A DNA stretch of 54,580 bases, taken from positions 1 through 54,580 of the forward strand of contig CAINDQ010000093.1 in the NCBI GenBank assembly GCA_903847465.1. The letters run 5' to 3'. Origin of the DNA: an uncultured Candidatus Peregrinibacteria bacterium. Lineage in GTDB: Bacteria; Patescibacteriota; Gracilibacteria; UBA1369; LOWO2-01-FULL-3. How positions within the stretch are numbered: position 1 is the first letter of the stretch; every line of letters begins with the position of its first letter. Positions 41,945 to 52,662 of this stretch are shown in pieces. The position numbers were made by a program, and so were the translations under genes. The notes below the pieces were generated by a model that searched no databases, was not told where the DNA came from, and saw only the letters and a list, made by a program, of their open reading frames with translations.

Positions 41945-43684
41945 ATGAAAACAGGAAAATTAAATTTTATGATAGGGGGACCTGCTGGATCCGGCATTGA
42001 AAAATCCGGACAGATTTTTGCAATGTCATTTGTGCGTGGCGGTTACTATGCAATTTCAAACATGGAACATTCTTCCCAGATTCGTGGAGGAAATAATTTT
42101 TTAAGAATAAGAATTGATGAAGTGCCGCACGAAGTGCATGTAGAAGAAATCGATATTATGATCGCTCTGGATAAGCAAACTATCGACGAGCATATCTCTG
42201 AAGTTGTGGATGGCGGTGCGGTTATTTTTGATGGAGAAAGTTTGAAAATAAACGCAGAGGAATTAGCAAAGGAAGTAAAAAGAGATGTGCGCTTGATCGA
42301 CGTTCCCTTGAAAAAACTGGCTACAGAAAGCCTTGGAAATCCGGTAATGGCAAATATGATTGCGCTTGGCGTGATGTTTGGATTAGTTGAATTTGATATT
42401 GCGGGCGTAAAGAGTGTTCTCGAAAAAGCATTCGGAAAAAAGGGCGCGGAAATTATCGAAGGAAATATGAAAGCGCTGGAAATTGGAAAGAAAATTGCGG
42501 ACGAAAAATGGACAAAAGATTTCGAAGTAAAAGTAACGGCTAAAAAAAATCCGAACAATATGTTCTTGTGTGGGAACGATGCTTTGTGTCTCGGCGCGAT
42601 CAAAGCCGGATGCAAATTTGTTGGTGAATATCCAATGACGCCGTCGTCTTCCGTGCTGCACTTTATGGCAGCATGGTCACAAAAATACGGCATCGTAGTA
42701 AAACATGTGGAGGATGAAATCGCGGCGGCGATTAGCGTGATCGGTGCTGGGTTTGCAGGAGTGCGTTCTCTTGCGGCAACCTCCGGCGGGGGTTTCGCTC
42801 TGATGTCGGAAGCTATAGGACTTGCGAGTATGAACGAAGTACCAACTGTGTTTGTAGATGTGATGCGACCGGGTCCTGCGACAGGACTTCCTACTCGAAC
42901 TGGACAAGGGGATTTGCGACAAGTAATTCATGCGGGACAAGATGATCCGATAAAAATAGTTTTGATTGCGAGTGATATGGAAGAGTGTTTCCGATTTGGA
43001 TTTGAGGCCTTTAATTTGGCTGAGAAATACCAACTTCCGGTGATTTTGTGTTTTGATAAATATATTGGCGAAGGATATTTTACCGTCGCGCCTTTTGATG
43101 AAAACGGAATGAAAATCGAGCGCGGCAAATTACTTCTTGAAAAAGATTTAGCAAAAAATTCTGATTTCAAAAGATACGAATTAACCGAAGATGGAGTAAG
43201 TCCGAGATCTATTCCGGGCCAAAAAGGAGGCGTCCACAGGGCAACTTCCGACGAGCATAACGAGCATGGAGAAATTTGTGAAGACGCCGACAACAGAAAA
43301 AAGATGGTAGAGAAAAGAATGAAAAAACTGGAAGTAGCTTTGAAAGAATTACCACCACCAATCATCATCGGAGACAAAGATGCGGACATAACTTTCGTAA
43401 CATGGACATCGTCAAAAGGCGCTTGTGTAGAGGCTTGCGAGATGCTCAAGGAAAAGAAAATTAGCGCAAATGTTCTACTCATTCGCACCGCCTATCCATT
43501 CCATAAAAAAGAGACTTTGGAGATTTTGAAGAAATTAAAGAGGCCGATTTTGGTGGAGCAAAATTATACTGCGCAACTTGGCGGACTGATCGCGGAGCAC
43601 ACCGGAATTTTAATCGAAGAAAAAATTCTAAAATATGATGGCAGACCTTTTACCGCAAAAAATATTATTGAGAACTTAAAATAA
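41945..43684 (+). CDS. 2-oxoacid:ferredoxin oxidoreductase, fused gamma-alpha subunit (KorA/OorA-like)
   Basis: N-terminal gamma-type domain (GGPAGSGIEKSGQIF...RGGNN), then an alpha domain (GNDALCLGAIKAGCKFVGEYPMTPSS...EDEIAA...GGGFALM). 579 aa is typical of two-subunit OFORs. Substrate cannot be called from sequence alone. Confidence 0.85.
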   Translation: MKTGKLNFMIGGPAGSGIEKSGQIFAMSFVRGGYYAISNMEHSSQIRGGNNFLRIRIDEVPHEVHVEEIDIMIALDKQTIDEHISEVVDGGAVIFDGESLKINAEELAKEVKRDVRLIDVPLKKLATESLGNPVMANMIALGVMFGLVEFDIAGVKSVLEKAFGKKGAEIIEGNMKALEIGKKIADEKWTKDFEVKVTAKKNPNNMFLCGNDALCLGAIKAGCKFVGEYPMTPSSSVLHFMAAWSQKYGIVVKHVEDEIAAAISVIGAGFAGVRSLAATSGGGFALMSEAIGLASMNEVPTVFVDVMRPGPATGLPTRTGQGDLRQVIHAGQDDPIKIVLIASDMEECFRFGFEAFNLAEKYQLPVILCFDKYIGEGYFTVAPFDENGMKIERGKLLLEKDLAKNSDFKRYELTEDGVSPRSIPGQKGGVHRATSDEHNEHGEICEDADNRKKMVEKRMKKLEVALKELPPPIIIGDKDADITFVTWTSSKGACVEACEMLKEKKISANVLLIRTAYPFHKKETLEILKKLKRPILVEQNYTAQLGGLIAEHTGILIEEKILKYDGRPFTAKNIIENLK

Positions 43685-43699
43685 TTATCGCAAAAAATC

Positions 43700-44557
43700 A
43701 TGGCAACTTTGCAAGAACTAGAAACTAAAGACAGATCAAATTGGTGTCCCGGATGCGGAAATTTCGGCATACAGGCGGCGATAAAACAAGCCATCGTAAA
43801 CTTGAAACTCGAACCACATAACGTGATGATTTCGACCGGCATTGGTTGCGGTTCAAAAATGAATCAATGGATTGAGACTTATGGATTTGCGGGATTGCAT
43901 GGCAGAAGTTTGCCTATTGCGATGGGCGCAAAATTGGCTAATCATTCTTTGACGGTGATTGATGTTGGAGGTGATGGCGATGGATATGGAATTGGCATGG
44001 GACATTTTATTCATACGATGCGCAGAAATTTTGACATGACTTATATCGTGGAAAACAATCAGGTGTACGGACTGACTCTTGGTCAGACTTCACCAACTTC
44101 GGAAAAAGGAATGAAAGGGCCGTCGACTCCTTTTGGAATTATTGAGGATCCGGTAAATCCGATCAGACTGGCTTTGGCGGGAGATTGTACTTTTGTGGCG
44201 AGGGGATTTGCGGGCGATATTCCGCACTTAACTAGCATTCTTGAGCAGGCGATTAACCATAAAGGCTTTGCCTTGGTGGATGTTTTTCAGCCGTGCGTGA
44301 CTTTCAACAAAATCAATACTTACGCATATTTCAGACAGAAAGTTTACAAATTAGAGGAATCCGGACACGACGTGACGAATCTCGAGGAGGCCTTCAAAAA
44401 GGCGGGTGAAAGCGAAAAACTCCCAATCGGAATTTTCTATAAAGTTGATAAACCGACGTACGAGAGTAGCGACGTCGCGCTCCAAGATGGTGTGCCACGA
44501 GCAAACGTAGATATCTCCAATGTAAACGTGGCTGAAGTGATGGAAAGTTTTATGTAG
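43700..44557 (+). CDS. 2-oxoacid:ferredoxin oxidoreductase beta subunit (TPP-binding)
   Basis: WCPGCGNFGI Cys motif. TPP-binding GGDGDGYGIG...NNQVYGLT. It starts 16 nt after the alpha subunit gene. Confidence 0.85.
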   Translation: MATLQELETKDRSNWCPGCGNFGIQAAIKQAIVNLKLEPHNVMISTGIGCGSKMNQWIETYGFAGLHGRSLPIAMGAKLANHSLTVIDVGGDGDGYGIGMGHFIHTMRRNFDMTYIVENNQVYGLTLGQTSPTSEKGMKGPSTPFGIIEDPVNPIRLALAGDCTFVARGFAGDIPHLTSILEQAINHKGFALVDVFQPCVTFNKINTYAYFRQKVYKLEESGHDVTNLEEAFKKAGESEKLPIGIFYKVDKPTYESSDVALQDGVPRANVDISNVNVAEVMESFM

Positions 44558-44564
44558 GAATACG

Positions 44565-44593
44565 TTGACGTTTTGGCTGTTTTGTGCCAGAAT
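44565..44593 (+). promoter_or_regulatory. promoter candidate, TTGACG-17 nt-CAGAAT
   Basis: Hexamers lie at 44565-44570 and 44588-44593, immediately after the beta-subunit stop. The first ATG of the giant ORFan is at 44618. Confidence 0.3.
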
Positions 44594-44617
44594 CTACCGC
44601 CTATTATCTATTTTGGT

Positions 44618-47600
44618 ATGGGCAGGTTTGGGCATACAGAATCAGAAGAAAAATTTTCCGCGTATGATTTTCGCGATCTTGACGACTCTGTGGATAATTC
44701 CATGGAATCTGAGTTGTCTGCCAATTACAAAGATGACCATTGGAGGCTTGTAGAAGATCATGGAAATAGCGAAAAACTGCAAAAATTCCCTTTGGATTGG
44801 GGAAAGTATGGATTGGCTTTTTTTCGTGCACTCGAGATGCCTTCTTCAATTGGCCAAAATATGTTTATGGCGGTTTGTCTCCGCTATATGAAATTCAGGC
44901 CCACTCTACTCCGAGACAAGCTACGCGAAGCCGATATTCCGAGAGATGTTGTTAGTCCTTTCATAGATTATCTTTATGGAAATCTTGCAAGGTTGGAGGA
45001 ACTTTTTGACGAATACGGTCAATTAACGATGGTTGATAAATATTTTCGGACTGAGCATGATTCGAAAAGAAGACTCTCAAAAATAATTATTCCGGAAAAC
45101 GTAAAAGATTTTTATGATTTTCGGGCGTGGTATGACTCAAATCACCGTAGTCGTCGGGTGGATGCGCCATGTGGAGCAAAATTTAACGCCTATCTTGATA
45201 TCGCATTTCAGGAAAATTTGGCGGCGCTAGACGATACCTCCAGTGGTAAATCGGAAGAAGAAAGAGAGGCGGACTTCTATCAAGCAGAGGAGCGTTTGCA
45301 TCGATTGCAAATAAAAAATCAATGTCAAACATCTACTGCTGGAGCGGAATGGGGCGCAAATAGAGCTCATGCACCTTTGGCAGACCATATCGCCGAGTAT
45401 TTAAATTGGCATAGTCATGCAAATTTCAAATTTGAGGATTACGAGTGGAATGACCTTAGCAATGAATTTCGAGAAATCAGGCCGACCAATTATACGCTTG
45501 AAGAAAATATGTTGAACGGAGCGGTGCATCACGATAAAACTTTACATATTTTGACTCCTTTCGAAAATGGGCGCGAAGCCTATATGAGAGATTATGCTTA
45601 CGAAAGACATTTTGAAGAGCGTAGATATAAATTTCGCAGAGAGGACATGGAGAAAATGACGGCAAGATTCTTGGGCGGATTAGACACTACTTGCGTTCAA
45701 AGACCGGGAGGTTTTGTAAATGACGAAGATGGTTCTTTGCAAGTTAGATTTGGAATTCATCGCAACGCCAGACCTGACGAGATAACTATCGCTAAGGGTT
45801 GTTATCTCTTTGATGAAACAGCTGAAGTGCCTATGGAAGGCAGCATTCCTTGGAGAGCGATGTATCCAAAACCTGAGTTTTATACTGAATGCCTCGGTCC
45901 TCATTTCGTAACAGACACGACTTCTGATCCTTTTGAGTGGGCACTAAAAAGATGCAAGGTTGCGGCTGGATATGCCACTTCTTTAGGCATTGGCAGAGAC
46001 TATCCCCTCGGTCATTTCCAGCAACAGTTTATGAAAATGGCGAATATTGTTTGTAACGCTACTCCTGAGGAAACAACTGTGCCGAGAGTGTTTCATATGA
46101 CGGATGAAAAAAAGGCTCTTTTGAGAAAAGCGCAGGAAGTTTTGGGAGAGGCTTATTGTCCTGAAACAGCTTGGTTGATTTTGGAAAATGAGGATATTGT
46201 TGGCGAAGAAAGTTTGCAAGATCCAGAGTTTTTGGAATTGCTTGGAAAGATTCCGGCATGTCTAGAAAAAGGATTGGTAATGGATCGTTTGCAAGAATTT
46301 TATGAGGCGAATTCAAAACATGATCTGGATCCTCTTGAGGCGCTAAAATTTGCGATGAAAATTGTGGCGGATATTTATACTTCGGGAGAAGAACCTTGGT
46401 GGTTCAAAGAAAATTTTGATATTTCCGAAGTCTTTGATGCTAAAGGTGATGAATGTGTGATAACCGACGGAACTCTTCAAGTTGGCTACTGTGAAGAAGG
46501 CCGATCACTTGTTGCGGATGTTGCCCATGAAGCCGGATTTGGTTTTACTTATGCGATGGATTTGTATAAGAAGGCTGGGCATAAATTGGTCGCAGTTCAG
46601 GGTTTAAATTCTAAAGAAGCTTTTGGGTTTTCGTGCGAAATTGCTAAAAAATATGGCATTGGGAATTTACAAAGAGCAACAAGCATAGTTGAATTTGCAA
46701 TCCATCATGTCAACGAAGTTGCCTCCAACAAAAGGCCTGAATCTTTTGAATTGTTTAAAGAATTTGCAAAACTAAGTGCTCCTTATTCAACCATTGTTAG
46801 CGCAATGGAGGGCGGAGAAACAACCTTGAGCATCCCTGGATTTTCCGGACTAATGCTGACATGCGTGGGAGAAGAACGCATGAAAGAACTCAAAATGGAT
46901 GATGAAGTAATCACTCCGGCGATTCTAAAAGAGGTTGCCGTTCCCTTGTCTGTTCCTCTTCGAGAAAGAGCAAGATTAATTCCTGGAGTATTGAAACATC
47001 GCCTATTCCAATCTGAACAAAAAAAATTATTAGCGGCCAGCGCCGACGCCGGAAGGCTCATGTTGCCAATGCCAAAAGATCAATCTTTGGAAGTGAGCGA
47101 TGGTGGTTCTGAAAACCCTTTTGAGACTCCTTCCAATTCCATCTTCTCCTTTTTCAAACAAGTAAAAACTGAGTGTGGGTGCCTGAATGATAAAATAATT
47201 CGCATTTATTTTGCGCTGTACGCCACTAAATTTCCAAACCCTTTTAGGCCACCAAAAGGATTTTTGACTTTCCTCCAAAAATTTCAAAACGTGCCAAATC
47301 CTCAGGCGCAGAAAGCAATGAATGATCGGCTTTTTGGGACCAATCCATTTAGCCATAATGCTGGAGGGCTCAGAAGGGCGGCGGGAGAAAGAGAAGCGAA
47401 AGCTTCGATTAATCGCGATCTGATTATTTCAAATATTTTGGATGCCCAAATCATGGGGCTTTTGACATGGGCAGAAGTGGAGGGAATATTTGAGTGGATG
47501 GTTGGCGATTTGTCTCCAGAAAAAATTGCCGAATTGGAGTTGGAATCGAGAGAAGAAACAAAGGAAGGAGAGAAGTGGAGAAAAAAACGCCTTCGAGAAA

Positions 47601-50053
47601 GAAAACGCGAACGACGTGAATGGGCAAAGAAAGAAGCAGCCGGAACTCTTACTTGGGAAGAAAAAGATAGACGACGTCGCGACGATAGAGATGACAGCGA
47701 TTTGGCCGCCCTGACGCCTGAGCAAATCGAAGCTCGTATTGCCGAAAAGGTTCATGAGAAAGCTAGGGATGCTTCCGGACAAATACACCTAAAGCGTATC
47801 TTGATTGCCGAGGACGGCATCGACTTTATTGCGGCAGTAAATATTTTGGTAGTTTTGAAATTGGTGACTCCGGAAGACTTTAGACAGCTGGTTTCCGAAC
47901 ACTTGAGAATGATGCCTGTGATGGAAGAATATTATCCCCTCCTTACTCATGAAGATGCCGTTTTTCCACTTTTAAACAAAGATGTTTTCAAAGAAACCAT
48001 AGAAATATTAAAAACTTTATCCGAGTGGGGAGTGATTGATTTTGATGCTTTTAGGGCGGGCGTCGCCTCAGAATCTCCTCTTGAGCAAAAGTATTCTTTG
48101 TTAAGAGAATTTTTCTTTTGCGTGGGAGCTTATCGAAGAAGCCAGGCCGTAATCGAAGAATACAAAGATGAAATGCATTCCAATATGAGACGCTTATCTC
48201 ATGCAAAAAACTCTAGACGAGGCGGATATATGTATGACAGCTATGGATACCCTGATATGTCGAAAGTTGTCGAAGAAGGCTCGGATATAGTTTTGCGAAT
48301 GGAGGTGGCTTTGCAAAAAACTTGGGGCTTAACTCCTTTGATTGCTCGAACCGTTATGGAAAAAATGGTGACGGAAACTATCGCCACTTTGTTTACTAAA
48401 GAAGATTATCCGGAAGTGTACGAATCTATGGCAAAACTTGGTGAATTGGGCGTATACGACGTTGACACTTTTGCTGCGGCTTTTAGTGAACAGACCCCTG
48501 CAACAACCAGATATCGTTTACTTCAACAGATCTTTTTGTGCGCAGGCGCATACGTGAGAACAAATGAAAGAATCAAAGATTTCGATCGAGAATTTTATAG
48601 AAAATCTTTACCTGCTCCTCAGCGATTCGGTCATGATGAAGAACAGCCCAATGCTTCGGCGCCACCAGCACCAGAGCCAACTCTGGGAGAAAGAGAATTC
48701 AAGCTTTTTGCTGAATTGGAGCGCGACGTAAGACAATATTGGCAAGGAATTAGTTGTGTCTCTCCCGGCACCGCAAATATCTTTTTGCAAGACTCCTTAA
48801 ATTCAGCAAAATATTTTAGCATTTTTCGAATTGTGCATGACACCAAAATTGGTGCTCAAAACGCACAAAATCCCGAGGAAGCTGAGGGCGAAACCACAGA
48901 TTCTAAAGAACACGCCAGCTTGAGAAGAAACGTTCAAGCTTTAAGCACCGCTTCTTTCCGAACAATGTCTTCTCTTTTTGCGGCACGCATGTTGAAAGTT
49001 GGTCAGGAATTGGAGGCTCCCGAGAGCAGAGCTCAAGCCCTTCTGACTGATGGCCAAATATTAGAAGTGCCAGTGGTAAGTAATGAAATCGAGCTACATC
49101 GCTTTCAAGAATATGACGAGAAAAGTGTCGAAACTCTCGTCGCCGATAATGAAGATCGAATAACTTCCAGCCTCAAAATGTATCGCAAAGATTGTTTGGG
49201 GTATGTGTCTATTGGTGGAAAACTGCATGTATCAAATTGGAATCCTGAAAGATTACAGGCTTTAAAAGATTTGATGGGACTTTCTTCTACTCAATTTCAT
49301 TTGCAATACATGGATGATGTTTTGCTTTTGCCGGCTTCTTTGAGTGGCTCGGAATTAAAAGCATTTATTCTTATGTTGGTGAAAGCTGGTATCGTTACCC
49401 CTGACAATCTGCAATTACAGGTTGGTATTCCGGGAAGGCTTTCTCCGGAAAATGCGGCCTATTTGGGAAGTGCTGTTTTACTCTCGACAGAAAAAGGATT
49501 CCGTTATTCAGAGGACTCTTTTTGCACAAATCAGGACCACGCAACTGGAGCAAGACTAATGCTTTATGACGCAAATGGACCTAGCACAAAATTACCTTTC
49601 ATGACCGAGCTGATTGGCAGAACCGATATGCTTGGTCGAATGCATTTGAATGATATTGATTTGTATCAATTGATTGGAACGGCTTTGGTCCATGCACAAT
49701 TTGGAGGTCCGTTTGAAAATTTTGGAAAAGAATACAAGCAACGCTACGAAGCAATTTTGAAAAAGCATGGAAATGGACTAGAAAGTGTTCTTAAAGAAAA
49801 ATGGATTTATAAGCAAAATGATGATCGCAAAGATGACGGAGCGAGTAAAAGCCATCACGAAACTGTGAAAAAAGTTACGGATGCATATTTTGATTGTGCG
49901 GATAAGTCTGACCAAACAGGAGTTCAAGAAGGAATTATTTTTGAAGTGAGAGCATTGAATGATTGGCTAAAAGAATCGATCAAGGGAGTTCAAGAAAAGC
50001 TATACCACGATAAATCGACTTGTAAAGAAGCCGACTTAGCGGTAAATTTTTAA
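44618..50053 (+). CDS. giant cytoplasmic ORFan (1811 aa from ATG 44618; 1826 aa if TTG 44573)
   Basis: 5.4-kb uninterrupted ORF with native low-GC composition. No signal peptide or TM. A Lys/Arg/Glu-rich coiled segment lies at ~47540-47700. There is an internal ~55-aa duplication at ~48008-48175 versus ~48428-48600. I recognise no catalytic motif. Confidence 0.85.
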   Translation: MGRFGHTESEEKFSAYDFRDLDDSVDNSMESELSANYKDDHWRLVEDHGNSEKLQKFPLDWGKYGLAFFRALEMPSSIGQNMFMAVCLRYMKFRPTLLRDKLREADIPRDVVSPFIDYLYGNLARLEELFDEYGQLTMVDKYFRTEHDSKRRLSKIIIPENVKDFYDFRAWYDSNHRSRRVDAPCGAKFNAYLDIAFQENLAALDDTSSGKSEEEREADFYQAEERLHRLQIKNQCQTSTAGAEWGANRAHAPLADHIAEYLNWHSHANFKFEDYEWNDLSNEFREIRPTNYTLEENMLNGAVHHDKTLHILTPFENGREAYMRDYAYERHFEERRYKFRREDMEKMTARFLGGLDTTCVQRPGGFVNDEDGSLQVRFGIHRNARPDEITIAKGCYLFDETAEVPMEGSIPWRAMYPKPEFYTECLGPHFVTDTTSDPFEWALKRCKVAAGYATSLGIGRDYPLGHFQQQFMKMANIVCNATPEETTVPRVFHMTDEKKALLRKAQEVLGEAYCPETAWLILENEDIVGEESLQDPEFLELLGKIPACLEKGLVMDRLQEFYEANSKHDLDPLEALKFAMKIVADIYTSGEEPWWFKENFDISEVFDAKGDECVITDGTLQVGYCEEGRSLVADVAHEAGFGFTYAMDLYKKAGHKLVAVQGLNSKEAFGFSCEIAKKYGIGNLQRATSIVEFAIHHVNEVASNKRPESFELFKEFAKLSAPYSTIVSAMEGGETTLSIPGFSGLMLTCVGEERMKELKMDDEVITPAILKEVAVPLSVPLRERARLIPGVLKHRLFQSEQKKLLAASADAGRLMLPMPKDQSLEVSDGGSENPFETPSNSIFSFFKQVKTECGCLNDKIIRIYFALYATKFPNPFRPPKGFLTFLQKFQNVPNPQAQKAMNDRLFGTNPFSHNAGGLRRAAGEREAKASINRDLIISNILDAQIMGLLTWAEVEGIFEWMVGDLSPEKIAELELESREETKEGEKWRKKRLRERKRERREWAKKEAAGTLTWEEKDRRRRDDRDDSDLAALTPEQIEARIAEKVHEKARDASGQIHLKRILIAEDGIDFIAAVNILVVLKLVTPEDFRQLVSEHLRMMPVMEEYYPLLTHEDAVFPLLNKDVFKETIEILKTLSEWGVIDFDAFRAGVASESPLEQKYSLLREFFFCVGAYRRSQAVIEEYKDEMHSNMRRLSHAKNSRRGGYMYDSYGYPDMSKVVEEGSDIVLRMEVALQKTWGLTPLIARTVMEKMVTETIATLFTKEDYPEVYESMAKLGELGVYDVDTFAAAFSEQTPATTRYRLLQQIFLCAGAYVRTNERIKDFDREFYRKSLPAPQRFGHDEEQPNASAPPAPEPTLGEREFKLFAELERDVRQYWQGISCVSPGTANIFLQDSLNSAKYFSIFRIVHDTKIGAQNAQNPEEAEGETTDSKEHASLRRNVQALSTASFRTMSSLFAARMLKVGQELEAPESRAQALLTDGQILEVPVVSNEIELHRFQEYDEKSVETLVADNEDRITSSLKMYRKDCLGYVSIGGKLHVSNWNPERLQALKDLMGLSSTQFHLQYMDDVLLLPASLSGSELKAFILMLVKAGIVTPDNLQLQVGIPGRLSPENAAYLGSAVLLSTEKGFRYSEDSFCTNQDHATGARLMLYDANGPSTKLPFMTELIGRTDMLGRMHLNDIDLYQLIGTALVHAQFGGPFENFGKEYKQRYEAILKKHGNGLESVLKEKWIYKQNDDRKDDGASKSHHETVKKVTDAYFDCADKSDQTGVQEGIIFEVRALNDWLKESIKGVQEKLYHDKSTCKEADLAVNF

Positions 50054-50071
50054 CAACCTAATCCAATATCT

Positions 50072-51595
50072 ATGTGCCAAATAGACGCTAGAAGAGTGGT
50101 AGTAACTGAAGAAAAGCGTGTGCCAAAAACAAGCCCTGTGGCAATAAAGGCTGGAGAAGATCCTGCAGTGCTGAAGTCGGTTGTTACAAATGTAAAAGGA
50201 ACTGACGCTCAAGTAAAAAAAGCCTTGGGTTCTGTGGGTTCTGGTAAAGGTGGTCAACGCAAATTGGGAGTTACAGGAACTGCTTCTGTTCCAGCTTCAA
50301 AACCTGCGGGAAAAAATACTGACGAAGTGGTTGGCGGCGGAGATGAGGAATGGTTTGACCGAGTATCTGTTGACGAAATGGTTGGTGGGGGAGATGAACC
50401 TGCTCCAGCGGTGCCAGCAATCGAAGCTGCTACGCCTGTTAACGAAACATTAACGGCGGAATTGGCTGCTTTAGACGCGCGATTCCGAGCTTTGCCTCAT
50501 GGAGCGATTAAAGATGGCGCTTTTGCTTTAGGGAAAACTGCTTCTACAGCTGCTCAACTTTCAATTGGTATAAATGCCGTAGGGAAGTTGGCCAAAGATA
50601 GACTGAATAATGTTTTTGTTGAAGGAGTTGATTTCGAGGCTCTTGTAAAGGAAGCTTCCGAGATTACACATCTTTGCGATACTGTGGGAGAAATGGGAAT
50701 TCCAATTATGCTCTATGATGCATGTGACAATTATAAAAATTTGGCGCCATTGAGAAAGGCCAATCCTTATACATTTTTGGAGCAGGCTGTTCTTCTTCTT
50801 GATAGAATTGAGCAAGCTTGCGAAATCATCCCTCGGATAAAAGAAAGACTTGCTAAACTAACAACTGATCTTCAAGACGCAACACGTCGCGTTCATGCAG
50901 CGATTGCCGCAAAGGAATTGGCTGATAAAAGACCTGCCGAAAGCGATTCTCGATGTGCCGCTTTACCAAAGGCCTCGGCACCAGCATCAACGTCACCTGC
51001 ACCTGCACCTGCGCCAGCTCCCGCTCCTGCCATAGATCCAAATGACAGAGCCGCCGTAGAGAGAGCGCGCCAAGCTGCTCAAAAGGCAGCTCAAGAAGAA
51101 GGAAGATTGGCCGCCCTCGAAAGAAGAGCGGCAATAAAAGCCGGCTTACCAGTCCCGGGAACTACTGCTGCTCAAAGACCTTCTGCTCCTCAGCAACCTT
51201 CTGCCCCTTCCCAACGACCGGCAACAGCTCCTCAAGGACGAGAAGCCAGAGGAATTGCTCCAGGCACAGAAAGAATAGCGGAGGAAGTAAGACATGCAAT
51301 TATCGCTTTGTTGATCGCTCAAGATAATCAATATATCGGAGCCGACTTCGTCAAAGGAATCGTTTGTAACAAAATCAGATATCAATTAAATAGAGTTTTA
51401 CCTCCTCAGGCAAAGCTTCAGCTAGAAAGAATGGATAGTGGTAGAAGAGGTCCTGAAGTTCACGCTTACGTGACGGCGACTTACACGGCTTTACAGAGAG
51501 TGTTTGGGGACAGCATTGAGCCTGTTCCAGGATGGATGAAAGATCCGACAACCTCGGGCGGAGGAGATCGCCGAGGTGGAAGCGGAAGATGGTAG
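50072..51595 (+). CDS. hypothetical 507-aa protein with Pro/Ala-rich linkers
   Basis: The ORF starts 18 nt after the giant ORFan. (PA)n tract SPAPAPAPAPAPA at ~50990-51030. QRPSAPQQPSAPSQRP. Gly/Arg-rich C-terminus GGGDRRGGSGRW. I recognise no family. Confidence 0.75.
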   Translation: MCQIDARRVVVTEEKRVPKTSPVAIKAGEDPAVLKSVVTNVKGTDAQVKKALGSVGSGKGGQRKLGVTGTASVPASKPAGKNTDEVVGGGDEEWFDRVSVDEMVGGGDEPAPAVPAIEAATPVNETLTAELAALDARFRALPHGAIKDGAFALGKTASTAAQLSIGINAVGKLAKDRLNNVFVEGVDFEALVKEASEITHLCDTVGEMGIPIMLYDACDNYKNLAPLRKANPYTFLEQAVLLLDRIEQACEIIPRIKERLAKLTTDLQDATRRVHAAIAAKELADKRPAESDSRCAALPKASAPASTSPAPAPAPAPAPAIDPNDRAAVERARQAAQKAAQEEGRLAALERRAAIKAGLPVPGTTAAQRPSAPQQPSAPSQRPATAPQGREARGIAPGTERIAEEVRHAIIALLIAQDNQYIGADFVKGIVCNKIRYQLNRVLPPQAKLQLERMDSGRRGPEVHAYVTATYTALQRVFGDSIEPVPGWMKDPTTSGGGDRRGGSGRW

Positions 51596-51613
51596 TAAAC
51601 ATTAGCAAGTCCT

Positions 51614-52564
51614 CTATAGAATATTTGCGTTCCTTTGCAGTCCTTTTCTTTTTGCGCGCATGAGCGGGGAGCCGGCGAAGGTTTTTAAAAATTCGGCGTC
51701 TGATTTTATAGCGAGGATTTTTTGGAGATTGAGCTGATCGGTGGCGATGGGTTGATTGTAAAATTCTTCGTGATTATTTTCTTTGGCACGACAATTGTGC
51801 GGACAAACTTCTTGGCAAATATCACAACCATATAATCGTTTGGATTTTTTTATTATCGCCTGAATTTTTTTCGGAATTTGTTTTTTGTTTTCGATTGTTA
51901 AATAAGAAATACATTTGCGAGCGTCGATTGTGCCTGGCGAAACAATGGCTTGCATAGGGCAAGAATCAATACAGCGCGTACACGTGCCACAGATGGCGAA
52001 ATCTTTTTTTGATGAAGGTTTTTTGAGAATTTTATTGGTGCTTTTTATTTTCAAACTAGTAATTATTTCGGAAATAAAAACCCACGACCCAAATTCTTTC
52101 GTAATCAAACAAGAGTTTTTCCCGACTGTTCCGAGTCCTGATTTTTCTGCAAAACTTCTTTCCAAAATCGGACCGGTATCTACATATGATTTTGTCTCCG
52201 CGTTCGCATCTAAAGTTTTGATAAATGCTTCGAGCTGTTTCAATTTCTTGCCAATAATTTTGTGATAATCACGACCGTAGGCGTAGCGAGCAACACGACC
52301 ATTCCCTTGCTTCAGCGGCTTTTGCTCATAATAATAATTCGTGGCCAAGGAAATCACGGTATTTGCCGACGGTAAAATTTCCTTCAAATCTTTGCGCGGA
52401 GAAGTTTTTTGCAAGTAATCCATGCTGGATGCATTGCCTTTTTTAAGCCAATCTTTGTAAAATTTGAAATTCTTTTCATCAACCTTTATATCCGAGAAAC
52501 CGACGAGGTCAAATCCAATACTTTTCGCAAATTGTGTAATTTTTTCTTTTATCACATGTTTCAT
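51614..52564 (-). CDS. queG: tRNA epoxyqueuosine(34) reductase
   Basis: N-terminal GFDLVGFS. Two 4Fe-4S motifs, CGTCTRCIDSCP and CDICQEVCPHN. C-terminal HEAT-like FAGSPLMRAKRKGLQRNA. Confidence 0.85.
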   Translation of the reverse strand: MKHVIKEKITQFAKSIGFDLVGFSDIKVDEKNFKFYKDWLKKGNASSMDYLQKTSPRKDLKEILPSANTVISLATNYYYEQKPLKQGNGRVARYAYGRDYHKIIGKKLKQLEAFIKTLDANAETKSYVDTGPILERSFAEKSGLGTVGKNSCLITKEFGSWVFISEIITSLKIKSTNKILKKPSSKKDFAICGTCTRCIDSCPMQAIVSPGTIDARKCISYLTIENKKQIPKKIQAIIKKSKRLYGCDICQEVCPHNCRAKENNHEEFYNQPIATDQLNLQKILAIKSDAEFLKTFAGSPLMRAKRKGLQRNANIL

Positions 52565-52662
52565 GTTTCAACATTAGCCCCTATTTTGCAATCTGTTTTT
52601 CGCTCGGGAGCTTTCCTTCTCGCCTCAAAAAGTGTTAGTATTTCTTCCTTTATAAGCAATAA

